Source of the DNA: Octopus sinensis
Lineage: Eukaryota
NCBI RefSeq assembly: GCF_006345805.1
Contig: NC_042997.1
Span: 195,734,001 to 195,798,000, forward strand
DNA: 64,000 nucleotides
Direction: 5' to 3'
Under the pieces are notes generated by a model that was not told the origin of the DNA, ran no database searches, and was given only the letters and a program-made list of their open reading frames with translations. Each line of letters begins with the position of its first letter. The stretch's first letter is position 1. Positions 52,770 through 64,000 of this stretch are shown here, in pieces. Position numbers and translations under genes: made by a program.

Positions 52770-52980
52770 CCCCTTTTATTCTTTTACTTGTTTCAGTCAT
52801 TTGACTGTGGCCATGCTGCAACACCACTTTTAGTCTGGCAAATGGACCACAGGACTTGTTCTTTGTAAGCCTAGTACTTATTGTCCCATTTCTTTTGCCG
52901 AACCGCTAAGTTACGGGGGACGTAAACACACCGACATCGCTTGTCAAGCAATGTTGATTGGGACAAATAGATACACACAC
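52770..52980 (-). mobile_element. SINE-B 3' half
   Basis: ttttacttgtttcagtcatttgactgtggccatgctg...cttgtcaagcaatg. Confidence 0.8.
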
Positions 52981-53003
52981 ACACACACATATATATATAT
53001 ATG

Positions 53004-53199
53004 TTGTATAAAAGGTCGTGGGTAAGGCCAAAACATGCACATCGGCACCATTCGTCACTTTCTTGAAAAGGGGGGGAGGTCATAACCCCGAAATATTGAA
53101 TACAGAGTAAAACTACATTAATTCACATATTTGTTTTCTTGTGATTTACCTGGCATTAACTTCGCATCGTTTTGGCATTACCCACGATCTTTTATACAA
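53004..53199. mobile_element. MITE, ~196 bp, ~32-bp TIRs
   Basis: ttgtataaaaggtcgtgggtaaggccaaaac ... gttttggcattacccacgatcttttatacaa. Confidence 0.75.
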
Positions 53200-53200
53200 T

Positions 53201-53596
53201 ACTAGCAGTATCGCCCGGCGTTGCTCGAGTTTGTAAGGGAAATAACTATATAAGCATTTTTAGAGATGTAAAGTATAATAGCCATCTCAATATGGCTAAC
53301 CACAAAGGGGGGTGTTACTGTAGCTTTTTACGTTCTGAGATTTAATAATAAATTGTTAGAGAGTTACTTCCCTTATATATGCCAAAAATGCATTAAAAAT
53401 GGGAAAAATTGATGGTAATTTTTTTTTAAATCGTAGACTCATCGTAGACGCGCGTTAATACCCAGAAGGGCTCGATATGAATCACGACTATAAGATACCC
53501 GGTTTTGGTTAAACTGCACCGCAAAATGTGGGAGTAGTTAGGAATCAAAATCTTAGGAGACAGACAGCACACAACCTCACTTTTATATATAAAGAT
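53201..53596 (+). mobile_element. ~400-bp non-autonomous Helitron/Helentron-like element
   Basis: Copy of 29032-29428; ends cttttatatataaagat. Confidence 0.7.
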
Positions 53597-54591
53597 ATTC
53601 TACACAATGCTTCATATTATATATATATATACACGACAGGATTCTTTCAGCTTCCGTCTACCAAATCCACTCACAAGGCTTTGATCGGCCCGAAAGTAGA
53701 GAAGAAGACACTTGTCCAAGGTGTCACGTGCCATGTGGTTGGGAAGCAAGCTTCTTACCAGACTGCCACGCCTGCGCCTATATGCATTTCCCAATTCACG
53801 ATATTAATAAGGTTGGATATAACATTGACGGATATAAATCTTCTCTGCACATTCCAGTCAATATTTTTGTTTCAAATATTATCTAACTTCCGCGTAGTTT
53901 CGTACTCATCACACTTGCTATATTCAATAAGATTTATTTCTTGACATAAAATCCTAAACATTAATATTATACATCTCTAAAATAACCACAGTTCATACAT
54001 ATAAAAGTTAATATTTAATAATGTTGATATCGAATAGTCTGCTGATTAAATTGTTTTTTTCTTTCTTGCGTTCTTTGATTTCAAAGGAATTTTTTGAAAT
54101 CAGATGATAGCGTTCGAGATGAAGTTTATCTAAAGACTCCAAAGAATTGATGATCATCAAAGATTCCATTAAGATAATGATAAAGCTATCTCATATACAC
54201 TTAAAAAACAGACTAAATTTCTTTCACATAAATCTATAACATTAGATTATTAAGATGGATTTCAAAGACATATAAGCCACGTATTAAATACTATTTCATA
54301 TTACAGAGAATTACTAGTTGTAGACTACTTTGAGTTTCTTTTTAGTTATTTACAGAAGTAAAAAGTTCTGTTATTACTGAACATGTTAATGTAGGTAATG
54401 ATGATAATATTAATATTTGTACCAGTGAAAGAACTGAAGAACCTGTTATTTAAGGTACGCTGATGTTACTATATTGTTGTATTTAGGAATGGTCATTTTG
54501 CCAGTTTAGCCAATAAAAACACACGCACTATATATTTGGTGTTACTTTGCTTCAGCGTTATTATTTTTTACATTAATCTTAATCTTATTTC

Positions 54592-54636
54592 GGCCAGAGT
54601 TCTTTCGTCACACTCCTGTGACCGCATCAGTGGTCC
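54592..54636 (-). ncRNA. Minimal hammerhead-like motif with one core change (A9 to C)
   Basis: GGACCA-CUGAUGC-G-GUCAC-AGGAGU-GUGAC-GAAAG-AA-CUC-UGGCC. Confidence 0.5.
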
Positions 54637-55049
54637 TTTGCTTTCTTCTTTCTTATTTGTGTGTCTCTCCTTACCAACGGTCAGCCATTTTGTATTTTGT
54701 ATTTCTATTGTATGTGTTTTCATTTGCGCATGCGTATATCTCTATGTGCGTCTATGTTTAGTTAGTGTGTGTGTGTGTGTATGGGGGAAATGCCTATAAA
54801 ATTTGTATCACCTGTTTATATATGTTGCTATATCTTTCACATAAAGCGAAGAAGATGAAGCAGTTAGAAGGATAAGTCACAGTGAAAATAAGCAACATAT
54901 GTGCATTGAAAGAAAGTTTTTGCATTCAGTCCCAACAGACCGCCCGTGACCGACCTGCAGCAGAGCATTCAGGGCACGCATCGGACTGACTGGTAACAAT
55001 CGGGTGCACCTTACCTCGTCGTCTTCTCCTTTGTGACGTCCTTGGTTAT

Positions 55050-55455
55050 CTCTTTTACTCTTTTACTCTTTTACTTGTTTCAGTCATTTGACTGCGGCCA
55101 TGCTGGAGCACCGCCTTTAGTCGAGCAAATCGACCCCAGGACTTATTTTTGTAAGCCTAGTACTTATTCTATCGGTCACTTTTGCCGAACCGCTAAGTAA
55201 CGGGGACGTAAACACACCAGAATCGGTTGTCAAGCGATGTTGGGGGGGGACAAACACAAACACATAAATACACACACACATACAGATATACGACGGGCTT
55301 CTTTCAGTTTCCATCTATCAAATCCACTCACAAGTATTTGGTCGGCCCGAGGCTATAGTAGAAGACACTAGCCCAAGGTGCCACGCAGTGGGACTGAACC
55401 CGGAGCCATGTGGTTGGTAAGCAAGCTGCTTACCACACAGCCACTCCTGCGCCTA
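55050..55455 (-). mobile_element. SINE-B full copy
   Basis: Complete family sequence. Confidence 0.9.
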
Positions 55456-56039
55456 TCGTCGTCGACAACGACGGAATAACTCTTCTTCATACTTGGGTCT
55501 GTATTTCTCTGAGGTTGACTATACTTTTTTTTCTCTCTTTCATTTATCGAGTCATGATAAAATAAATACCCTTTAGAGATCAAAAGCAAAGCTAATCTCT
55601 GTACGATTGTAAATTGCAATCATAAAACTTAATATACCTGAACTGGAGTAGATCAATTCTTCATTAAGGAATGCAAAAAACGATAGTTGGCGAAATCGTT
55701 AGCTCATCGGACGGAGTGCTTAGCAACTTTTTTCCGGCTCTTTACAGTTCAAATATCACTGAGGTAAAGTTTGCCTTTCGTCGTTTCGTGGTCGATGTAA
55801 TAAATACCAGTCAGACACTGGAGTCGATTTAATCGACTGGACGCCGCCTTCAAAACTTCAGCCTTGTGTTCAGAGCCCCACCGATGTCAATTTTACGGTA
55901 CATTCATTCGGGGTCGATAAAAAAGGGGTACCAATCAAGGGAAGTGGATTTGTGGAACTGTCAGAACATCGGTCTGTTCTGATTATCTGTGTTCTGAGTT
56001 CAAGTTACTCCATAGTCATTTGGCTTGGTACAAATTAAT

Positions 56040-56375
56040 CCATCAACCAGCTTAACTGGCACTCCGTCTGTTACGACGACGAATTTTCCAGTTGACCCAA
56101 TGAACGGAACGGCCTGCTCGAGAAATTAATGTGCAAGTGGCTGAGCAATCCACAGACATGCGTACCTTTAACGTAGTTTTCAAGGAGATTAAGCATGACA
56201 CAGAATGTGACAACGCTGGCCCTTTCAAATACGGCTACAACACATTTTTGCCAACTGAGGGTACTGAAGCAATGTGAAATGAAGCGCCTTGCTCAAGAAC
56301 ACAACGCGCCGCTGGTATTCGAATCCACCACGACTTTAAGAACGTGAACCGAATACACTAACCACTACGCCCCGC
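56040..56375 (-). mobile_element. SINE related to SINE-C (shared 3' part, different middle)
   Basis: gtagtggttagtgtattcggttcacg..ggattcgaatacc head; gttgtgttcttgagcaagg core. Confidence 0.7.
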
Positions 56376-56809
56376 ACCTTCACTTCACCAGGCTTAACCC
56401 CACCAGTATCCAACAAAGGTGCCTTTAGCGTAATCCACTCTCGTTGCAAAGCATGTGAGCCAGGTCTCTAGTCTGAGGATACCTACCTCACCTGCCCATT
56501 AACCTCAAAGGAAGTCCGACTGGTTCTAGGCGCTATCTTTCATTTCAATTAAAAAGACGAAAACGAATTTGCACCCTTTAATGACCGTTTAAATAACATC
56601 TAAGTAAGTTCGTTTTTAGTTTAGGAAGAAGACGACAATCGTGTGGGAGTTGGAAACGGTTGTGTTCTGAGACAGACGAGTTAAAGCATATAAAATTCTT
56701 TATGATTATTATCGAAGTGGAAACAAAAACCTGAAGATAAACAGAAAAAAAAATGGCAGGCTAGTTACGGACCACCGACACAACCATAGGCATCAACATC
56801 GTTCCCTGC

Positions 56810-57230
56810 CGCCACCATCACAATCACCACCACCACCACCACCACCACCACCACTACCGCCGCCGCACCAACACCACCGCCGCCGCCGCCGCACCATCAC
56901 CACCATCATCACCACGTCCGCTACCTAATGAGCTGCAACCAACACCGCCGCAGCCATTGGCACATCAATGTCCGCTCCGGCACCAACACCACAACCACCA
57001 CCACCACCATCACACCGCTACTACCACAGCCACTGCCAACTGTGTCGCTGCCCGCCAGCAAAACCACAACAGCCGCCATCATCAACGCCACCGCCAAATC
57101 AAGATTCACCCCAACACCACCATCACGCCACCACCAACAACAACAACACCCCCACCAGCGCCACCAGTATCATAACCACTACCATCATCACTACCACCAC
57201 CACCAACAACAACAACAGCAACAACACCAG
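56810..57230. repeat. (CAC/CAT/CCG/CAA)n trinucleotide low-complexity tract
   Basis: Direct reading. Confidence 0.85.
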
Positions 57231-57287
57231 CAGTCATACTGAGATGTAATTCACTGAAATGACTTTCTTTTAATGTTGATTATAACG

Positions 57288-57786
57288 TCTCTCTCCCTCT
57301 CATTTTTTCTCTGCCTCTGTCTGCCTGTCTCTTTCTCTCTCTCTGTGTCGCTGTCTGTCTTTCTGTCTCTGTCTGTCTCCCTCGGTCCCTCCCCCTCTCT
57401 CTGTTTCCCTCTCTCTCTCTGTTTCTCTCTCTCTCTGTTGCTCTCTCTCTCTCTCTGTGTTTCTCTCTCTCTCTCTGTTGCTCTCTCTCTCTCTCTGTTG
57501 CTCTCTCTCTCTTTGTTGTCGTCTGTCTGTCACTCTCTTTCTCTCTGTCTCTGTCACTCTTTCTATCTCTCCCCCTCTCTCCATCTCTCTTTATCTCTGT
57601 CTCTCTCTGTCTCTCCTCTCTCTCTTTCTCTCTGTCTCTTTCCCCCTCTCTCTCTGTGTCTCTGTCTGTCTCTCTCTTTCTCTCTCTATCTCCCTCTCTC
57701 TCTCTCTCTGTCTATGTCTGTCTCTGTCTTTGTCTGTCTGTCTATCTCTCTCTGCATGTTTGTCTCTCTCTTTGTCTGTCTGTCTT

Positions 57787-57818
<32 letters not shown>

Positions 57819-57965
57819 CGTTACTCGCTTCTTACGGGTTGCATTGTCTTAATTTCCCCAAGGACACTGTGTCTAAATATATAATGATTGAGGTCATTTT
57901 TAGCTTTAGAATTATCTTTTATTTCATTAGTCTTAGTCTCCAAGAAAAAACTACTACTACTACTG

Positions 57966-58035
<70 letters not shown>
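57288..58035. repeat. (CT)n/(CTGT)n tract (57288-57820) and (CTA)n (57950-58035)
   Basis: Direct reading. Confidence 0.9.
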
Positions 58036-58036
<1 letters not shown>

Positions 58037-58391
58037 CAAAATATTTATTTAATACTTAAAATTTTGAGCTTTTCCCATAAAAAAGTGTTCGTTTCTATCC
58101 AGACAAACACACACACATCCATATACACACAAACACATAAACACGTACACACATGTACACACACACACATGTATACACACATACGCGCGCGCACGCACTC
58201 GCCTCCGCACTGTTTACTCAAACACCAATATACTCATTTGCACTCATGGACCCCTTCTTTCCTACACACCGGCGTGTCTATTTCTAGAATGAAATTACTA
58301 ATATATATCTGAGTGTGTGCTTCCATCTATCTGTGTGTGTACGTGTATGCATGTATGTATGTATGTATGCATGTATGTGTGTAAGTATGCA

Positions 58392-58422
<31 letters not shown>

Positions 58423-59009
58423 TGATGTAAGCGTTGGAATTGGAAATTATATTGAAATATATTTTAGAGACGTGGCTGTATGGAAAGAAGTTGGTTTCCG
58501 GACCACATCGTATCAGGTTCAGTCCCACTCAGTGGTACATTGCGTAGGTGTGCCTCGGCCGACCAAAGCCTTGTGAGTGGATTGAGCATACAGATACTGA
58601 AATATTCCTGTCGTATATATGTATGTATATATATATATATATTTTTTTTTTCAGGATTAAATAAAAAGAAGACAACAAACCGAGAATATGTCGTATCTAT
58701 CTATCTATCTCTACTCCCTCTCTTTCTATATATATATAATTCACAAAAAGCGTGTAGTAAATAAACGAACGAACATATACTAAATACAGAGGCGAACGGA
58801 AGGCACTCAAGGTCAACAACTCACCATTACTCCTTGGGTAGAGTGTCAAACGCAATTTCGGCCATTATCGATAATATTGATTCCACTCTGGAGGCATCGG
58901 CAACAAACCGATAGTGGACGGATGAGGAACAAAACAAAAAAAAAACAGAATAAAGGCTTAGGGCCAGACGTAGACAACAATTAATAATAATAATAATAAT
59001 AACAATAAT

Positions 59010-59260
59010 AATTCCAGTACATACATACAGAACCATCAAAGCCAATAAACCAGATATTGTTGTGAAAGACCAAAACAATAAAGTTTGCTTATTGATCGAC
59101 ATGAGCATCCCCTGTGATCATAATATCTCGGCGAAAGAGTTTGACAAGCTCAGAAAATATAAAGGCCTGCTCATTGAAATTGAGAAAATGTGGCATCTCA
59201 AGGCGGTTACAATACCAGTGATCGTAGGAGCACTAGGAATGATCAAGAAGGGAACCGAAA
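59010..59260 (+). mobile_element. RLE-endonuclease fragment of an R4/Dong-like LINE, abutting (TAA)n
   Basis: RTIKANKPDIVVKDQNNKVCLLIDMSIPCDHNISAKEFDKLRKYKGLLIEIEKMWHLKAVTIPVIVGALGMIKKG (PD..D..P.D.N..K..KY motif). Confidence 0.85.
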
Positions 59261-61073
59261 TGGTCCCTTTACATACTGAATACTTGGTGAAATTGATTAA
59301 TAATTAATTAATTTTACCCTCAATTGTTGAAATTATAATTCATCTCTCTCTGCTAAATTCTGCGGTTTTCACCGTTAATACATGGTGTTTGTCAATTTTA
59401 ACCCACGCTGGTGGAAAGGGGAGAGCAGAAATTCTTCGCTGCATATTCGAATTTGATAGCACTTTTAGTTCGAGCAGAATTCTAGAGGTGATTAGAAGCC
59501 GAAAGGGTATGCTCCCGACTTTCAGTGTTCCCAAATCCGATTCAAGGAATTCTGAGCTGAAGAAAGAAATGTCGAATTGACTAATCTAGAAACGTACGTT
59601 CTCAAATAACATTTGCACTTGATTTTTTAATGTTTTTTCCCCCATACTTTTGTGAGTTAGTTTAGGCAAACACTATCTGAGAGAGATCTTCTTTAAGTAT
59701 TAGAAATAGCTGAAGAAATTTCTTTAGCTGCTATTCTAATGAGTTCAGTATGTGGCAAAGTAATTTATTTTACTAAGCCCTTATATATATAATATATATA
59801 TATATATTAATATTATATATAATATATATATATATATAATATATATATATATATAATATATATATATATGATATATATATATATATATATGATTGAATCC
59901 AGACAAGTATAACGTTATCAATAAAAAAAAATACCAGAGTTATAGTAATGAAATTAAAACAAGCCGAACATATAGAATGATTAACCATGCTTGAAACGTA
60001 AATCACAAGGAGAACTTCACGTCCATTCCAAATGAAGATTAATTAACGCAGCCAAGTAAAATCTGATAAAATAGGAAACACATCTTGAACATTATAAATG
60101 TCAAAATCAAGAGCACCAAAAAGAACAAGCAATGGAATATCAGCAACGGTGAAGTCATGTGACTCAGCAGTACTGGAAGCAGAAATTAATGGTAGCTTTA
60201 CCCGGTGTAATATTGTTGGTTAGAATTCTTCAATCTTGAATTCCTTATTCACCATGACTTAAAATTTTCTCAGAAATATTGCACTATAAAAGATATATTA
60301 CGTTGGAAATATAGTGTTTTCGAATTTATGAAATGATTCCGTTGAGAATAATTTTTCAATATTAATGATAAAAAAGCATTAACCTTCACTTTTTAATGTT
60401 TCCTCGCTTTGCTCATTACTTTGCTTATTACTTTATGAATGCGTTTCGATTTTATTCCTTTAAAATGAGTTAACATCAGACCCATATCAGACACTTCCTC
60501 TGCATGAATTCAAAAGGGGCTTTTTCAATATTAAAGCAGCAAGAAATATGCATCTGGACATGCCAACGATGGTTTCATTAGTTTCGTTCGGGAAATTTTT
60601 TTTTCTCAAATACCTGACATTCTAGACTACTAAGATCAGGCAATATTGATCTTCTGAAAATCGTAGTTGAGGAAAATCCAAAGCTTCATGAGAATTAACA
60701 AAACCGTTTAGTTCAAAATATACTTCAAACATAGACCACCTTAACGAACTAGGAAAAGTGTCTAAGTGTGGCTAGAGGATTTCTGAGCTTCTCTGCTCAT
60801 CATTGACAAGTAAACTTGTTACCAAACCTTTCCTGAGCAGAATTGTGATGAAATATGGGTTCTCTATAATCATATCAAACGAAAACACCAACTGTTCGTA
60901 GCCAATGGAAAAAGGTGGAATTCATCTGCAAACCAGGACTACACGTGAAAAATGTTATGCTCTGTGTTTGTTGGTATAAGATAAGCGTCGTCTTTCATGA
61001 AGTGTTAAACTAAAACCAAACGAATAATATATTTCTAAATTTCTCGGACAGATTTATGCAGTAGCAGCAAATG

Positions 61074-61433
61074 TGACAGTCCCATAAAAGGGAAGAATGC
61101 TACTGTTATTTAGCTCTAGGAAACACCGTTTCTCGTTGAACTTGAGACAGTTCCTGTGTTCTTATGTTTCTAAAGTGGAGGCAAGCACCTCCACCCAGCA
61201 AAGCCAGTACCCAGAGACTAGTTTCAGAGTAATCGCTCATCATCAGCCACACTACTCCAGACTGATGATGAGAAATGACTCTGAAACTAGTCTCTGGTGC
61301 TGGCTTGGCTGGGCGGAGGTGCTTGTCTCCACTTTGAAAACGTAAGGACACAGGAAATGTATCAAGTCTAACAGGAAACGGTGTTTCCTAGGGCTAAATA
61401 ATGGTAGCATTCTTCCCTTTTATGGGACTGTCA
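61074..61433. mobile_element. 360-bp imperfect palindrome carrying a hammerhead motif on each strand
   Basis: Arms 61074-61246 and 61262-61433 are reverse complements differing mostly by transitions; short spacer ccacactactccaga. Confidence 0.9.
61257..61297 (+). ncRNA. Minimal type-I hammerhead ribozyme, core intact
   Basis: CCAGA-CUGAUGA-U-GAG-AAAUGA-CUC-U-GAAAC-UA-GUC^-UCUGG: 5-bp helix I, palindromic ACUAGU helix III, GUC triplet (cut predicted after 61292). Confidence 0.75.
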
Positions 61434-62049
61434 AAACGAAACAGTGCGGAGAAGTATTGACGTTCCTTGAAAGCATTGCACAAAATTTGTAGAAAAAAAA
61501 GTGTACATCGTGGGTCAGTATTAAAGGGGTGTAAATCTCACACGATAAAGTCAGACCAGAAATTGTTCACTCAGGAGAATATGTTGGCACAAAATATAGA
61601 AATTTTGTCTTATCCTCCGTATTCTTCTGATTTTATTCTATGTGACTCTTACCTTTTCAAATCATTGCAACGTTATTCAGAGGTGCAGAAAATAAAAAAA
61701 ATACCAAGTCTTTAACTGCTTCAAAAAACTGATAAAACAGATGAGATTTATAGTCGAGAATCAAAATTTGCATAATTTATGAGACGGTATTATCAATAAT
61801 GAGGTGAAATATTATCTAGAATAAATATATGAATTTAGAACAAAAGAGCATTTGCTTTTTGCCCAAGCAGAAATGGGACCAGATTTTTTCAACATAGTAC
61901 ATAGACTAATTATGGACACATTATATTTTTACTATTTTATTCCACTCAAGATGTAGCTTATGAAAACATGAGCATGAACGGTTTTCTACATAGTGAAATG
62001 TGCAACTATTCTTTTCTACACTAGATACAAGTCCGAAATCTTTAGAAAG

Positions 62050-62222
62050 GAGGCCAGTCTATTACATCGGCCCCAGTACGGAACTGGTACTTAATTTATC
62101 GACACTGAAAGGATGAAAGGCAAAGTCGACCTCGGCGGAATTTGAACTCAGAACGTAACGGCAGACGAAATACCGCCAAGCATTTCGTCCGGCGTGCTAA
62201 CGTTTCTGCCAGCTCGCTGCCT
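62050..62222 (-). mobile_element. SINE-A
   Basis: Family sequence, 3' part missing. Confidence 0.85.
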
Positions 62223-62394
62223 TTGAAACGTACAGCTATTAATGCCTTCAATCTCTCTCTCTCTCCCTCTCTCTCTCTCTCCTCTCTCTCTCTATCTATC
62301 TATCTATCTACCTATCCGTATGTCTGCCTATCTGTCTGTCTGTCACACGCACTAAAAGAATATTCTTCTTCTTCTTCTTCTTCTTCTTCTTCTT

Positions 62395-62427
<33 letters not shown>

Positions 62428-62449
62428 ATTCTTATTATTATCATATATT

Positions 62450-62484
<35 letters not shown>

Positions 62485-63369
62485 ACAAGACAAATATTTA
62501 CAAATTATGAAAGCGAATTAAGAGAGAGGTCTTGGTGATAATGTTCTTATGGATGAAGGGAAGAAAGATTGTTATAAGGAAATGTTCTTTTAGTTCGACT
62601 TGTATTTAGCGTGATCGAACGGACATCCCGTTGCGTTTCACTAAAATATACTGTATTAGATAACTTTATTTAGCAATACACTATATTATGTAAAAATATA
62701 AAGTCGATGATGTTTCTTCAGAATATGATGACAAAAGTAATTGTGGTCCCCGCAACACATCAATGGATTTCTTCAGCTGACTCTACCGTAGCTGAATAAC
62801 AAGTCAAATGTTATATTGAAAATATATGGACGTCCTGTTGCGCTGATATATCACATCTCTGTGTAATTGTATCAAATTCCTCACAAATATTACATGCTGC
62901 GAAAGTCATAGACTTTTTGCTACGACTTTCATATGTTTATTTGAAGTTATGAAATAAATGTTGAGGATTTAAAGAATAAAATTAAAACTATATCCGACAT
63001 TTTAAAAATTTATATAGAAATATTGAAGAAATAGAAACAAGAGATAACCAATTGAAAAGAACAAACAGCAGGGTGTTAGATATCAACTTATTTGATGTAA
63101 CATATCTCGTATATCTGGTTATAAATAAGTTTTGAAAGAAATTTTCAAAACAGGCTAGGCTGTGTGGTTAAGATGTCTGCTTCACAAGCAAACATCTTAA
63201 CCATACATAGTTTCGCGTTCAATTCCACTACGCCCAAGCATGCGGTGCCATGGGTAAGTGTTTTCTACTATATCTCCGAGGCAACCAATCGCTTCTGAGT
63301 GAATTCTGTAGATGGGATGAAATTTGTGTGGTGTATATATTCGCCATGATAGATCACTAGCCGCTATAC

Positions 63370-63535
63370 ATTCTTTATTTTCTCTCCTTGTTTCTTTCTG
63401 TGTTCCTTTCTGTGGAAGGCCGTAAGCTCGAAACGTTAAAGACTTGTTCAGTTCTCCAGCTTTATACAAAAAAATCTATTTGTTGTTTACACCACTTGTC
63501 TTCGTCTTTTGTGTTTTTTGTGAACTCTCCCTATA
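63370..63535 (+). mobile_element. Short repeat homologous to 15903-16075 with a degenerate hammerhead-like motif (63406-63441)
   Basis: CUUU-CUGUGGA-A-GGCC-GUAA-GCUC-GAAAC-GUU-AAAG. Confidence 0.6.
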
Positions 63536-64000
63536 TGTATATATATATGTGTGTATGTGTGGGTGTGTGTGCGTATGTCTGTGTGTCTATGTGTGCACGT
63601 GTGTATGTATACAAATCATATACATATGTATGTTTATATATATATTTGTGTATATATATATGTATATATATCTATCTATGTACACACACAGACACACGCT
63701 ATATATTAACACGAGCAGTTCGGCCGATTATATTCACAGTTACATTCAAATGCCCTCTTTCTAGCGCGCCAGATTCCTCGTGTTAATATATAGCGTGCAG
63801 TTCGACAAATTATATTTTGACGTACTCCACCGATGATCTGAGGATAATTATGTAAGTAAAATTGCATAATTTATTAACAGTGAAACAATTGTATGGGGTT
63901 CATCTATATTTTTGTTATTTTTCATTTGTCCTGCTCGCTTACGTTCTTAGTGTGCTAATTTTTTTCTTGAGAACAATTCTTAGTGGTTGAGTCCCTTTGC

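Larger units (their letters stand above)
60296..61900 (+). mobile_element. Degraded mariner transposon interrupted at 61074-61433
   Basis: HIRHFL(L)HEFKRG, LKIVVEENP, DHLNELGKVSK, PFLSRIV..DE.WVLYNHIKRK, KPGLH.KNVMLCV, ILSYPPYSSDFILCDSYLFKSLQ. Confidence 0.75.

Noticed and set aside
56486-56530. Possible 45-nt minus-strand exon ending CAG|GTGAG
   Set aside because: Weak acceptor; such sites are expected by chance
56928-57249. His/Gln/Thr/Pro-rich ORFs in all three frames
   Set aside because: Trinucleotide low-complexity DNA open in every frame; no domain and no convincing splice context
59389-59580. 63-aa ORF weakly like a mariner N-terminus
   Set aside because: Similarity limited to EILRCIFEF; insufficient

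Overview
AT-rich, repeat-saturated eukaryotic intronic or intergenic DNA. The SINE families are ones I recognise from Octopus genomes, so the organism call is an inference. No host gene exon could be supported, and most ORFs in the track are microsatellite artefacts ((YI)n, (HT)n, (CV)n). Main contents: (1) an apparently full-length CR1-group LINE (~23.5-28.2 kb) between two (TA)n tracts, with an unusual ORF1 (Myb/SANT-like N-terminus, polyQ, two CCCH fingers) and an APE+RT ORF2 broken only by homopolymer or dinucleotide indels; (2) two Penelope-like element (PLE) remnants, one with a clean internal 5' inversion and one between ~1.2-kb inverted repeats; (3) at least eight minimal type-I hammerhead-ribozyme-like motifs, the best one with an intact core inside a 360-bp palindrome that carries a hammerhead motif on each strand and sits in a mariner fossil; (4) two adjacent, homologous gag/ORF1-like elements with no ORF2; (5) fragments of RTE, RLE-type, L1/Tx1-like and CR1/L2 LINEs, three mariner fossils, three Helitron/Helentron-like non-autonomous elements and fold-back/MITE elements; (6) dozens of tRNA-derived SINE copies and many simple repeats. 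Several inverted duplications differ mainly by homopolymer indels, so assembly or long-read artefacts must be excluded. Repeat boundaries are approximate, by eye.
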